Origin: an uncultured Gemmatimonadales bacterium
Lineage (GTDB): Bacteria > Gemmatimonadota > Gemmatimonadetes > Longimicrobiales > RSA9
Reading direction: 5' to 3'
Length of the DNA stretch: 64,000 nt
Assembly: GCA_963741945.1 (NCBI GenBank)
Contig: CAVUKA010000001.1
Span: forward strand, 128,001 to 192,000
The position numbers were made by a program, and so were the translations under genes. This document shows positions 30,470-40,871 of this stretch, piece after piece. Position 1 is the stretch's first letter; each line of letters starts with the position of its first letter. The notes under the pieces are model-generated. The model did not search any database. It saw only the letters and a list, made by a program, of their open reading frames with translations, and was not told where the DNA came from.

Positions 30470-31066
30470 ATGACGAAACGCCTGCCGGAGGAAGCGCGAC
30501 GCGAGCAGCTGTTGAGCGCGGCGTACCGTGTGGCGGCGCGGGAAGGCCTCGGGCGGCTGACGATCCGGGCGGTAGCGGCGGAAGCGGGCGTAAGCCACGG
30601 CCTGGTCCTGTTCTACTTCGGGCGTAAGAGCCGGCTGCTTCGCGGGCTGCTGGACTGGCTGATCGAGCACCTGGCGGTGCTGCGGGTGTCGGAGGACATC
30701 GCGCACTTCCCGCGGGCGCTGGACCGGCTGCACGCGGTGCTTCAACAGGAGATGGCGCGGTTGTCCCACGACCCGGACCGAACGCGTCTGCTCCTGGAGT
30801 ACTGGGCGCTCGGTGCCCAGCACCCGGGTATCCGGACCCGGATCAGCGCGGAGCTGGCGCGCTACCGTGCGGCGTTCCGGGAGATCATGGACGATCTCGT
30901 CCAGGTGGAGGGGGCGGGCTTCCCCGGTGCCACCACCGAGGGTCTCGCGGCGGTGGCCGTGAGCTGGATCCACGGATGCGCGGTCCAGGCCATGATCGAC
31001 CCGGAGCACTTCGACATCGATGAGTACCTGACAGCCGTGCGAGGAATGGTCGGCCGGCTCGGCTGA
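30470..31066 (+). CDS. TetR family regulator (BetI-like C-terminus)
   Basis: RREQLLSAA...LTIRAVAAEAGVSHGLVLFYFGRK; GAGGAG RBS. Confidence 0.92.
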   Translation: MTKRLPEEARREQLLSAAYRVAAREGLGRLTIRAVAAEAGVSHGLVLFYFGRKSRLLRGLLDWLIEHLAVLRVSEDIAHFPRALDRLHAVLQQEMARLSHDPDRTRLLLEYWALGAQHPGIRTRISAELARYRAAFREIMDDLVQVEGAGFPGATTEGLAAVAVSWIHGCAVQAMIDPEHFDIDEYLTAVRGMVGRLG

Positions 31067-31144
31067 GCGAGTGGCCGGCTCCGCGAGCCGGGGATGTCCT
31101 CTGGCGCGACGAGGCCGCGATCCGCGGCGGGCACGGCGCCGGGG

Positions 31145-33664
31145 TCATGGCCGGTCCGGCACGGTCGCGCGAGCTCCGTCCGGCTCGGGCGCCGGGCGAT
31201 CGAACATCGTTTTCAGCGCCTCCGGGTCGATGGAGCGCAGGTGAAGGTCGCGCTGCGGGAACGGGATCTCGATGCCGGCATCCCGCAGCCGTCGGTCGAG
31301 GTCCGTGAGCACCGCGCTGCGTATGGCCAATCGCTGTCGGACGTCCTTCACCCACACCCGGAGCTCGAAGTTGAGGGAGCTGTCGCCGAACTCCATGAAC
31401 AGCGCTTCGGGCCGTGGGTCCTCCAGCACCTGTGCGCTCGCGGCGGCCGTTTCCTCGAGGATCTCCAGCACCCTGGCCACCGGACTGCCGTACGCCACGC
31501 CCAGCGGGAGGAACAGGCGGGCTCTCGAGTCGGTGAGGGTCCAGTTGATCACCTTCTCGGACACGAGGTCGCCGTTCGGCACGATCATCTCCGACTGGTC
31601 CAGGGTGAGGAGGATCGTGGAACGGAGTCCGATCTTCTGAATCGTGCCCCAGACGTTTCCCACCACCACGGCATCGCCCACGCGCACGGGCCGCTCGAAG
31701 AGCAGGATCAGCCCACTGGCGAAGTTGTTCACCACGTTCTGCAGCCCGAAGCCCACGCCGATCCCGAGCGCCCCGGTGATGATGGCGAAGTTCTGCAGCT
31801 GGAAGCCCATGATCCCCAGGGCGAGGATCGTTCCGAGCGCGACGAATGCATACTGGGCCAGCCGGGTGATGGACGCCCCGAGGCCCGGGTCGTGGTCGAA
31901 CATGCGACCCGGCCCCTCCGGAGCGCGTGGATCATGGCCCGGCGTCATCAGCGATCGGAAGAGGCCCGACACCAGCACGGCCAGGTACACGACCACCGCG
32001 CCGATCACCACCCGGCCGACGGTCAGGTGGAACGTCCCGGCCGTGAAGCCGGCGCTCATGATCCACTGCCAGGTGGTCACAGGCGATCCCGTCAGCCCCC
32101 AGACGTCCAGGAGGATGAGCACGCCGACCAGAGCGAGCACGACCCGGCCGATCAGGATCAGCCGCTGCGCCAGCAGCACGCCCGCCCGGTGCAGCAGCGA
32201 ACCCGTGGCGTCCAGGCGCTTGAACGTGGTGGAGGAAGCCCCCATCATGGCAAAGCCCAGCGTCACCGTGTACGCCACCGCACCGCTCATGACGGTCACG
32301 TGCAGCGTCCACCGGGCCAGCGCGTCGAGTCCCAGGATCAAACAGGCCAGCACCACGACCCACACGGCCGCACCCATGAGAAGCGGCCACTTTCGAGCCG
32401 GTTCACCGCCCCCCGCCCCGGGCTCCTCGCGCACCACCGGAAGCCGACGGAACGCCAGCAGCAGGAAGAGTGGGATGGCCATTGCGGCCACCAGGGCCAG
32501 GCCCACGCGGAAGACCGGCTCGGGAAGCTGGCCCACTTCCAGGAGCAGGAACGCCGGGTAGAAGGCCGCGGCCAGGTAGATCATGAGGCGGACGGCCCGG
32601 GCCTCGAAGAGGCGTCGGCCCAGGATCGCGGCGGTCGCCCCGAAGACGGCCCACAGCAGGACATCCCAGAGGGGCGGTGCCAGCGTGATACGGCCCATGG
32701 CGGCCAGCGCGGAAACGAAAAGGCCCATGGCCCAGGGATGTTCGAGGAGCCCCGACCACTCGGTGGCCTCCGCCCGACCGGCCATCCGCCGGCCAAACCG
32801 CACCGTCGCTCCGACGAGCAACGCCAGGAGCGCGTGGAACAACAGCATGCCCGCGTTGTCCCGTGCGAACGCCCGATACGCGTCCAGCTCGATGCCGGCA
32901 GCGGGATCCCACGCGCGCCAACCTCCCTCGCGGAGCTGCGCCCGATGCTCAGCCGAGAAGAGAACCGGCTCCCCCCACGCGAGCAGGGCCTGCCGGCGCC
33001 GTGCCTGGATGGCGGTGATCGTGTCGCCCAGCTCGCGGATCCGCTCTCGCAGCGCCTCCACTCGACCCTGGAGCGCCATCGGGGCGGCCGCCGCGGCCGT
33101 CGCCGCCCGCAGCACCGAATCGATCCGATCGAGCGCGGCCCTCGCCTGCCCCGCCGACAGCGCCACCTCGGCCGCCGTCCCGTCGGCTTCCGCGCGCAAC
33201 GCCTCCAGCCGCGACCGCCACTGTTGCCGGCGGTCGGACCACTCCGCATCGAGGGCACCGAGCCGCTCCAGGCGGTCGACCAGGCGCCCACGGATGGTCT
33301 CGAGCCGCCCGTCCTCCAGCTGCGCCTGATCACGGAGTCGCGAAAGACGCTCCAGCCTCACGAAATCCGCGCTCGTCATGGCGTCGAACAGCGCCCGCAG
33401 CTCACCGTGGCGACGCTCCGCCGCTGCGACGTCCGCCGTCAGCTCCGCCATGGCCCCCAGGTTCAGGACCCTCTGCTCGGCCTGCGCCGCCGAGTCCGCC
33501 AGGACCTGAGCGCCGGCGGCGATCTGGAACGAGCTCGGTGGACCGGGCGCTTCCCCCTGCTCCTGGACCGCACTGCTCCCGGGGACCCCCTGCCCCAGCG
33601 CGGGAGCGGTCCCCAGCGCCGAGCCGATCAGGATCAGGACGGTTGTCCAGCCGGTTGATTTCAT
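31145..33664 (-). CDS. large MscS-family mechanosensitive channel
   Basis: Signal peptide, periplasmic coiled coil, many TM helices; GALGIGVGFGLQ, IVPNG, IEIPFPQRD. Confidence 0.92.
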   Translation of the reverse strand: MKSTGWTTVLILIGSALGTAPALGQGVPGSSAVQEQGEAPGPPSSFQIAAGAQVLADSAAQAEQRVLNLGAMAELTADVAAAERRHGELRALFDAMTSADFVRLERLSRLRDQAQLEDGRLETIRGRLVDRLERLGALDAEWSDRRQQWRSRLEALRAEADGTAAEVALSAGQARAALDRIDSVLRAATAAAAAPMALQGRVEALRERIRELGDTITAIQARRRQALLAWGEPVLFSAEHRAQLREGGWRAWDPAAGIELDAYRAFARDNAGMLLFHALLALLVGATVRFGRRMAGRAEATEWSGLLEHPWAMGLFVSALAAMGRITLAPPLWDVLLWAVFGATAAILGRRLFEARAVRLMIYLAAAFYPAFLLLEVGQLPEPVFRVGLALVAAMAIPLFLLLAFRRLPVVREEPGAGGGEPARKWPLLMGAAVWVVVLACLILGLDALARWTLHVTVMSGAVAYTVTLGFAMMGASSTTFKRLDATGSLLHRAGVLLAQRLILIGRVVLALVGVLILLDVWGLTGSPVTTWQWIMSAGFTAGTFHLTVGRVVIGAVVVYLAVLVSGLFRSLMTPGHDPRAPEGPGRMFDHDPGLGASITRLAQYAFVALGTILALGIMGFQLQNFAIITGALGIGVGFGLQNVVNNFASGLILLFERPVRVGDAVVVGNVWGTIQKIGLRSTILLTLDQSEMIVPNGDLVSEKVINWTLTDSRARLFLPLGVAYGSPVARVLEILEETAAASAQVLEDPRPEALFMEFGDSSLNFELRVWVKDVRQRLAIRSAVLTDLDRRLRDAGIEIPFPQRDLHLRSIDPEALKTMFDRPAPEPDGARATVPDRP

Positions 33665-33719
33665 CGGCGGTCGATCTCCGGCTCCGCTCGTCGCCTCCTC
33701 GATCGAGGCCAGGTCTGAA

Positions 33720-34037
33720 TCACGGAACGGGCATGGGCAGCGTGACGGAATATGGAACGTCCAGCTCCTTCAGGGCGGCCTCGATCCGGCGGGTGATGTC
33801 CGGGTCCATCTCGGGGGTGTCACTCACCACGAGCAGGTGCGTGACCTGGTTCTCCAGGACCAGGCGGGCGGCCCACTTGCGGTCTTCCCGGGCGGCCCCA
33901 CCGTTCGCTTCGTCCAGCAGTGCGCGGATCGCTTGCATCCGGCGCACCGCGTGGGGCGGCAACAGCTCGTAGGCATAGGCCCAGAGCGGTGCATCCGGGA
34001 CTTGCTTCCCACTCCGATCATTCGTCGGTCCATCCAT
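33720..34037 (-). CDS. hypothetical protein (LWAYAY family, paralog of 19913..20224)
   Basis: Shared LWAYAY, WAA, LVVSDTP and RRIEAAL motifs. Confidence 0.8.
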   Translation of the reverse strand: MDGPTNDRSGKQVPDAPLWAYAYELLPPHAVRRMQAIRALLDEANGGAAREDRKWAARLVLENQVTHLLVVSDTPEMDPDITRRIEAALKELDVPYSVTLPMPVP

Positions 34038-34236
34038 CCTTCCACTCCTCGGGCGCGACATCGATCCTGCGCCCATTCTCCCGATCACAGACAGCGGTCC
34101 ACCGCGCCGGAGGCGCCGCGACGCGCCGGGAAACGCTCGCCCTGGATCGACGGTAGCGAACGGACCCGGCAGCGGTATCGCCCGATCAGGGCACCTCCCG
34201 CCGCCGGGTCCGCCCGGTGGACCGGGCCGGTTCCGC

Positions 34237-34632
34237 CTACTGGAGGTACCACCAGAGACCGAGGATGCCGACTGCGCCGCCCCCGATCATGATGATGGTT
34301 CCGGCGTCACCTCCGATCACGGCGCCGGCCACCATGGCCGTGGCGCCCACGATCATCATGGCGACATCGCGCGACTGGCGACCCTCGATGGCGTCGGCCA
34401 GCGCCGCGTTCGCGGACCGCGTCTGGCCGACCTCCGCCTGGCCCGACCGGACGGTGAGAGCCGCCCATGCGGCGGTGGGGCCGGGCACGACCGAGGAGGT
34501 CGCGGGGGCCACGGCCGTCACTGCGGGCCCGGCCGCGGACCAGGGACCGGCCTGCTGGCCCGCGACCGGAGTGGCCAGGAAGGACAGCGGTGCCAGGAGA
34601 AGGGCAGCGAAGTAGAGAAGCGGTCTTTTCAT
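34237..34632 (-). CDS. secreted/membrane protein with Gly-rich hydrophobic C-terminal hairpin
   Basis: Signal peptide MKRPLLYF...; ends MIVGATAMVAGAVIGGDAGTIIMIGGGAVGILGLWWYLQ. Confidence 0.75.
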   Translation of the reverse strand: MKRPLLYFAALLLAPLSFLATPVAGQQAGPWSAAGPAVTAVAPATSSVVPGPTAAWAALTVRSGQAEVGQTRSANAALADAIEGRQSRDVAMMIVGATAMVAGAVIGGDAGTIIMIGGGAVGILGLWWYLQ

Positions 34633-34739
34633 TGAGACGTGCATTCGTGCTCCAGGGTCCGAGGTGACTGTCGATGCGGTTCGAGTCCGGCCGGCGAGCC
34701 GACGGAGTATCATGCGCCGGATGCGTCGGCCGGCTCGCG

Positions 34740-35372
34740 CTACCTCACGGCGAAGATCGCGACTTCGATGCGCCGGTTCTGGCTGCGACCGTCGACCGTC
34801 TCGTTGGTCGCGATGGGCTCGTTTTCGCCGCTTCCGACCGCGCTGATGCGCGAAGCCGCTACGCCATTGGCCGCGATGAAGTCCGCTGCCGTCCGCGCTC
34901 GCCGTTCCGACAACCCCTGGTTGTACGACGACTCCCCGTCCGAATCGGTGTGTCCGACCACGACCGTCCGGGTGTTCGGGTACTTGACGAGACTCGCAGC
35001 GAAGCGGCGCAGGTTCTCGCGCGCGCCCGTGCCGAGCTGATCGGAATCGAAGCCGAAGAGCAGCCCCTCAGGGAACGTCACAGCGATGCCCTCGCCGATG
35101 CGCTGGACCTGGGCGCCGGGGAGGTCGTACGCCAGCTCCTTGGCGTGCTGGTCCATCTGGTGGCCGATCACCGCGCCCGCGGTGCCGCCCACCACGGCCC
35201 CGATGATCGCGCCACGAACCGTCGAGCCCGTGTTGTTGCCCACCACGGCCCCGGCCGCGCCACCCGCGCCCGCGCCGATCACTGCCCCCTTGGCTTTGCT
35301 GCTCCAGGCGCAGCCGGAAGCCAGCATGAGGACAATGGCCCCGAGAGTGAAGCCGAAAGACAAGCGCTTCAT
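34740..35372 (-). CDS. OmpA-family lipoprotein with glycine zipper
   Basis: Lipobox ASGC; glycine zipper; GHTD, LSERRA, NRRIE. Confidence 0.93.
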   Translation of the reverse strand: MKRLSFGFTLGAIVLMLASGCAWSSKAKGAVIGAGAGGAAGAVVGNNTGSTVRGAIIGAVVGGTAGAVIGHQMDQHAKELAYDLPGAQVQRIGEGIAVTFPEGLLFGFDSDQLGTGARENLRRFAASLVKYPNTRTVVVGHTDSDGESSYNQGLSERRARTAADFIAANGVAASRISAVGSGENEPIATNETVDGRSQNRRIEVAIFAVR

Positions 35373-35635
35373 GGCCAGTCCTCCACGGTTCTGCGTGTCT
35401 CGTCCTTCCGATAATGTGGTTCTCACCTGTTTATCCCGCCGATCTGCATGAGTGTTCGTGTGCCTGTCCCTGTTGCAATCTCCCGGAAGGAAGACGGGAG
35501 GACCATCCCTCGAATGGGGTAGATGCTGCGATTCCGCGATCCCGAGAGCTGCGGGACCTGGCGGTGCACCGCGCAGAGGATCGGGCGCGATGGGCTACGG
35601 GATGTCCGCCGGCCGGACCTGCGCGGGAGGGAGCC

Positions 35636-36562
35636 TCAATCCCGGAGTGGCACCAGCAGGACGGGGGAGGAGACGCGCGGCACGACGGCGGCGGCGAAGC
35701 TGCCCGACAGCACGCCGGGCACGCCGGCGTGCCCGTGAGTCGCGATGACCAGCAGACCGACGGCCTGGCGGGCCATCACGTCCAGCGTCTCCTGCGTGGC
35801 GCTGCCGCGCCGTACCTCCGTGCTCGCTTCGACGCCCTCGGCGCGCAACGTCTCCAGGAGCGAGTCCATGTAGCGGCGCATGTCCTGCGCCTCCATCTCC
35901 AGCACGTCCGCAGTGGCGGATGGCGCGAAGATCGCCGGTGCGCCGCGCTCGGGCGGCAGACTCGTGCGAGTGGGGACGACCGTCAGGAGATGCAGCCGGG
36001 CGCCACACTTCCGGGCGAGCATCGTCGTCAGCGGCAGCGCGCCGGGGCCGTGGACCACCGGGTCGAGCGCCACGATCCAGTGACCGCAGTCCAGCCCCGA
36101 CGCCGGTCCCTCCGGGCGCACCACCAGCACGGGACGGGTCGTGAGCCGCAGCGTCTGTTGCGCGATGCTCCCCAGCAGCAGGTCCCGCAAGCCGCCCGAG
36201 CCGTGCGTGCAGAGCAGGATGAGCCCCACCGCGAGCTCATCAGCGTGCTGCGCGATGCCCGCGGCGACATCGCCGATGGCGGGCTCGTGCACGTGCGCCA
36301 CCACGCGCACGCCTCGCCGACGCAGCCCCTCCGCCACGACATCCAGGTAGCGTGTCGCGTCATGCGGCCGGTGCAGGTGCGGCTGGCCGTGCACGTGCGT
36401 GGGCGCGCCACGCTCCACAACGTGCAGGAGCGCCAGCTCGGCATCGAGCAGCCCGGCCAGCTCTTCCGCGAGCGCCAGGGGGGTCTCCGCCAGGGCGGAG
36501 CCATCCAGTGGGACGAGGATGCGGTCCACGCGCGCGTTCCCCAGAGCGTCCGTCTCGATCAT
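35636..36562 (-). CDS. universal stress protein (two Usp domains)
   Basis: ILVPLDGS, THG.GG...LLGSIA, THGHAG...GSFA; start overlaps the mntH stop. Confidence 0.9.
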   Translation of the reverse strand: MIETDALGNARVDRILVPLDGSALAETPLALAEELAGLLDAELALLHVVERGAPTHVHGQPHLHRPHDATRYLDVVAEGLRRRGVRVVAHVHEPAIGDVAAGIAQHADELAVGLILLCTHGSGGLRDLLLGSIAQQTLRLTTRPVLVVRPEGPASGLDCGHWIVALDPVVHGPGALPLTTMLARKCGARLHLLTVVPTRTSLPPERGAPAIFAPSATADVLEMEAQDMRRYMDSLLETLRAEGVEASTEVRRGSATQETLDVMARQAVGLLVIATHGHAGVPGVLSGSFAAAVVPRVSSPVLLVPLRD

Positions 36563-37896
36563 GGGCCGGCTCCTGTGAAGATCCGGAACAGAAGGTACAA
36601 GTTGAGCGCGATGATCCCGGTGGCGACGAACCAGGCCACGGCCGTGGTCCAGCGATGGTTCACCAGCACACCCATCAGCTCGCCTCGGCGCGTGAACTGC
36701 ACCAGCGGCACCAGCGCGAAGGGGATGCCGAAGGACAGCACGACCTGGCTTAGCACCAGGGTCCGTGTAGGATCGAGCCCCATGGCGATGACGACGATGG
36801 CCGGCGCCATGGTGACCAGCCGCCGCACCCAGATCGGCACGTGCCAGTGCAGGAATCCCTGCATGATGACCTGACCGGCCATGGTCCCGACCGTCGACGA
36901 GGACAGCCCCGCGGCCAGGAGCGAGATAGCGAACACCACGCTCGCCAGCGGACCCAGCAGCGGCGTGAGCGTTCGGTACGCTTCCTCGATGGATGCCACC
37001 TGTGTCAGCCCCGCCTGGTGGAACGTCGCCGCTGCCATGACCAGCATCGCGCCATTGATCAGCCCGGCCAACCCCATGGCGACCGTCACGTCCACGAGCT
37101 GAAACCGGAACAGACGCCGCTTCTGCTCCGCACTCGTGGTGCGGATGCGGTTCTGCGTCAGCGACGAGTGCAGGAAGATGACGTGCGGCATCACCGTCGC
37201 TCCCAGGATGCCCACCGCGAGCAGCACGCTCTCCGTGCCCTGGAACCGCGGCGTGACGGCGCTGGAAAAGAGAGCGCCCCAGTCGGGCCACTCCAGCAAC
37301 GTCTCGACGAGGTAGGAGAGGGCAATGACGCCCACCATCACGGTGATCACCGCCTCGATCGGGCGGAACCCGTAGCGCTGCAGCCCCAGGATCAGAAACG
37401 TGGCGACACCCGTGAGCAGGGCCGCGGGCAGAAGCGGGATGCCGAAGAGCAGGTTGAAGCCGATGGACGCGCCGAGGAATTCCGCCAGGTCCGTGGCAAT
37501 GGCCACCATCTCCGAGACCACCCACATCCCCCAGACCACCGGCCGCGGATACTCGTCCCGGCACACCTCTGCCAGGTTCCGGCCCGTGGCAATCCCGAGC
37601 TTGGCCGAAAGCGTCTGGATCAGCATGGCCGTCACGTTGCTCGCCACGATGACCCACAGCAGCGTGTAGCCGAACGCGGCGCCCGCCTGGATGTTGGTGG
37701 CGAAGTTGCCCGGATCGACATACGCCACCGAGGCGACGAACGCCGGGCCGAGGAACGGCAGCAGCCTCACGTACCACGGCCCACGACCTTCCCCCCGCAG
37801 CACAGCCGATGCCCCGCCCGGGCCGGAGGCGGCCACGTCCTCATTGCCCGGTGCGGCTGCGGCGTCCGCCACACCCTCGCCCTCCGCCGCGCTCAC
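36559..37896 (-). CDS. mntH: Nramp divalent metal transporter
   Basis: YVDPGN and VMPHVIFLHS metal-site motifs; GTMAGQ. Confidence 0.95.
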   Translation of the reverse strand: MSAAEGEGVADAAAAPGNEDVAASGPGGASAVLRGEGRGPWYVRLLPFLGPAFVASVAYVDPGNFATNIQAGAAFGYTLLWVIVASNVTAMLIQTLSAKLGIATGRNLAEVCRDEYPRPVVWGMWVVSEMVAIATDLAEFLGASIGFNLLFGIPLLPAALLTGVATFLILGLQRYGFRPIEAVITVMVGVIALSYLVETLLEWPDWGALFSSAVTPRFQGTESVLLAVGILGATVMPHVIFLHSSLTQNRIRTTSAEQKRRLFRFQLVDVTVAMGLAGLINGAMLVMAAATFHQAGLTQVASIEEAYRTLTPLLGPLASVVFAISLLAAGLSSSTVGTMAGQVIMQGFLHWHVPIWVRRLVTMAPAIVVIAMGLDPTRTLVLSQVVLSFGIPFALVPLVQFTRRGELMGVLVNHRWTTAVAWFVATGIIALNLYLLFRIFTGAGP

Positions 37897-38223
37897 GACG
37901 TCATCTCTCCCGCGGACTGCCGGCGGGACCCCACATCCGCGACGCGCATGCGCCTACGATAGCGCCCCACCAGCGTGCAGGAAATCCCTCGAAGTGCGGC
38001 CGCGCCCGGCTCCCGAGCCGGCTTCCTCACCGGAACAGCTATTGCAGTTCGGCACCTCGCGAGCCCCTGCCGATTCCGCACGGTTTCGAAGGAGAACGGC
38101 ATGCCCCGGGATGAGCTCCTCTCCGCGGTCGTGATCGTGTGGAGCGTCGTGTCCCCCCTTCAGCTTCGCACTCCCCTGGGTTCGCGCCGCATGAGCCCGC
38201 TCCGGCGTCCCCGGTAGGGCGCG

Positions 38224-39507
38224 ATGTTCAATGTCGATCTCTCGCAGCTGGGCGTAACCGCGTGGGTCGTCAACGGTCTCGTCGTCCTCGCGACGCTCGC
38301 GCTGATCGCCGCGTTCGCCCGCCCGGAAGTGCGATCCTCGACGCTCTGGCGGGCGACGGTCACACCGCTCGCTTCCATCATCGGCAGCGGCTTCCTGGTG
38401 GTGGCACCGCTCCTCGGCTTCACCGTGGGGCACTGGGCCTTCGTCGCCATGGCCGGGATCGTCGGCCTCGCCTACCTCGTGGGCGGCGCCATCCGCTACA
38501 ACATCGCCCACGTCGAGGACATCACCGAGGCGGACGAGCCCGGCAAAGGCCTCGATCGCACGCTGCAGTGGCTGGGCCGCGGAGCGAAAGTGGCGCTGGC
38601 CATTGCCTACGTGATCGCGGTCACCTTCTATCTCGAGCTGCTCGGCGCGTTCGTGCTCCGCGTGGTGGACACGCGCAGCGTCTTCCTGCAGAAGACCATC
38701 GCCAGCGGCCTCATCGTCTTCATCGGCGGGTACGGTCTGTGGCGCGGACTCCGCTCGCTGGAGTCGCTGGAGAAGTACGCGGTGGAGACCAAGCTCTCCA
38801 TCATCGGCGGCTTTCTGCTCGGACTGGCGTTCTACAATGGCCAGCAGCTGGTCAACGGCAGCTGGCACCTGCCGCAGCTGTCCACCTCATGGAACGTGGA
38901 CACGATCCGGAAGCTGCTGGGCGCGTTCCTGATCGTGCAGGGATTCGAGACATCCCGGTATCTGAAAGGCGTGTACGAGCCGGAGCACCGGATCCGGACC
39001 ATGCGCTACGCGCAGCTGGCGGCCGCGGGGATCTACCTGGCGTTCGTCGGCCTCGCCACGGTGCTGCTGGGCGTGTTCGAGACCATGGAGGAGACCGGCA
39101 TCATCAACCTGTCGGAGCGGGTGGCGTTCACGCTGCCGATCCTGTTGAGCATCGGCGCGGTGATGAGCCAGTTCTCCGCGGCCGTGGCCGACACCATCGG
39201 CTCCGGCGGGTTGGTGGAGGAGGTGAGCAAGGGGAGGGTGGATCACCGGATCACGTACGCGGCGGTAGGCGCCCTCGCGCTGGGGCTTCTCTGGAGCTCG
39301 AACATCTTCGCGGTCATCGCATACGCCAGCCGCGCGTTCGCCCTCTACTACGCCCTGCAGTCAGCCATGGCAGCGCTGCACGCGTTCAGCCGTGGCCATG
39401 GCAGCCGCAAGCCGTGGAAGGCGACGCTGTTCGCAGTGCTCGCCGTGGTCATGCTGATCACCGCCATCTTCGGCATCCCGGCCGAGAGCGCCGGCAGTCA
39501 CGGCTGA
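38224..39507 (+). CDS. APC-superfamily-like membrane transporter
   Basis: TPLASIIGSGFL TM1 motif, VQGFET, about 12 TM helices. Confidence 0.75.
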   Translation: MFNVDLSQLGVTAWVVNGLVVLATLALIAAFARPEVRSSTLWRATVTPLASIIGSGFLVVAPLLGFTVGHWAFVAMAGIVGLAYLVGGAIRYNIAHVEDITEADEPGKGLDRTLQWLGRGAKVALAIAYVIAVTFYLELLGAFVLRVVDTRSVFLQKTIASGLIVFIGGYGLWRGLRSLESLEKYAVETKLSIIGGFLLGLAFYNGQQLVNGSWHLPQLSTSWNVDTIRKLLGAFLIVQGFETSRYLKGVYEPEHRIRTMRYAQLAAAGIYLAFVGLATVLLGVFETMEETGIINLSERVAFTLPILLSIGAVMSQFSAAVADTIGSGGLVEEVSKGRVDHRITYAAVGALALGLLWSSNIFAVIAYASRAFALYYALQSAMAALHAFSRGHGSRKPWKATLFAVLAVVMLITAIFGIPAESAGSHG

Positions 39508-39718
39508 GGCTCGTGGTGACGATGCCGGGCGGGTCGATGGCGTCCACTGCCGCACCAGCGCAGCGGTGCGGTCGGCGGCGAGCGCTTGCGACGTCGGCCT
39601 CGCCGGCGGCGCGGCCGTGCGGTGCGAGTCCGTGTCCGTGAGGTCCGCTCCCCAGCCCATCGCCTCGCAGGACCAGCAGGAAGCGATGCTCGTTCACCGG
39701 CTGAACGTGGACCGCGCG

Positions 39719-40732
39719 TCAGTCGTTTTCCGGCAGCGGCTTCTGCGCCAGGTACTCCGCCGTCCGGATCATCTGGGCGGTGTAGCCCCACTCGTTGTCG
39801 TACCAGGACATCACTTTCACCAGGTCGCCGCCCACCACCTGTGTCATCTCCAGGTCCACCACGGACGCCCGGGAGTCCTGGATGATATCCGACGAAACCA
39901 GTGGATCGTGCGCCGCGCCCAGAATCCCGCTGTACCGTTCACTCTGGGCTTCTTCCTCCAGAATCCCGTTGACCTCTTCGACCGACGTCTCTCGTTTCGC
40001 CTGGATCACGATGTCCGTGATCGAGCCCACCGGCACCGGCGCGCGCACGGCCACGCCATCGAACCGACCCGCAAGCCCGGGAAGCACCTTCGTGGTTGCC
40101 CTGGCCGCTCCCGTGGACGTCGGCACCAGATTCTGCGCCGCTGCGCGCCCCCGCCGCACCTTCTTGCTGGGGCCGTCCACGATCCCCTGGCTGGCCGTGT
40201 AGGCATGGATGGTGGTCATGGTCGACTTCGCCACGCCGATCTGTCGATCCAGGACCTCCATCACGGGCGCAATGCAGTTCGTCGTGCAGCTGGCGCACGT
40301 CACCATCCGGGCGTTGTCACTCGGCTTGTTCACGCCGAACACCACCCATTCCACGCCGTCCTCCTTCGCCGGGGCGGAGAGGATGGCCCGACCCGCACCG
40401 GCCTCCAGGTGCTTCCGGAGCCCTTCCCGGTTCGTGAACACACCCGTGCATTCGAACACGATGTCCACGCCGAGGTCGTCCCAGGGGAGCCGCGCCGGGT
40501 CCTTCTCGCTGAACATGCGCAGCTCTTCACCATCGATGGTGAGGTTGTCACCCGCCACGCTGACCCTTCTGCCATACCGGCCATAGACGGTGTCGTAGTT
40601 CAGCAGGTAGGCGAGGTTCTCCACCGGGATCAGATCGTTGGCCGCCACCAGCTCGATGGCGGGCGCCTCGATCACCATTTTCAACGTGGCCCGGCCGATC
40701 CGGCCGAGGCCGTTGATCGCTACGCGAGTCAT
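39719..40732 (-). CDS. gap: type I glyceraldehyde-3-phosphate dehydrogenase
   Basis: INGLGRIGR, ASCTTNC, WYDNEWG. Confidence 0.95.
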   Translation of the reverse strand: MTRVAINGLGRIGRATLKMVIEAPAIELVAANDLIPVENLAYLLNYDTVYGRYGRRVSVAGDNLTIDGEELRMFSEKDPARLPWDDLGVDIVFECTGVFTNREGLRKHLEAGAGRAILSAPAKEDGVEWVVFGVNKPSDNARMVTCASCTTNCIAPVMEVLDRQIGVAKSTMTTIHAYTASQGIVDGPSKKVRRGRAAAQNLVPTSTGAARATTKVLPGLAGRFDGVAVRAPVPVGSITDIVIQAKRETSVEEVNGILEEEAQSERYSGILGAAHDPLVSSDIIQDSRASVVDLEMTQVVGGDLVKVMSWYDNEWGYTAQMIRTAEYLAQKPLPEND

Positions 40733-40871
40733 TCGGTCCCTTTCTTCTTCGAGTGTGCGTTCATCGCTCGAGCGATGAGGTCCAGGTGCCGCCGCCCCGC
40801 TTGTTCGCCACAGCCGTATACGCGGCGTCGTGGAAGTCGTGTGGTCGTTGGCCACCTGCCAGCGGACGCGG

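Noticed and set aside
35636-37777. Possible MntH-Usp fusion or frameshift (713-aa ORF)
   Set aside because: The upstream part is an off-frame reading of mntH; the two genes simply overlap by ATGA.
37897-38223. Possible yybP-ykoY Mn riboswitch upstream of mntH
   Set aside because: Only a partial GGGGAGT string is present; the other conserved elements could not be found by eye. An Infernal/Rfam search is needed.
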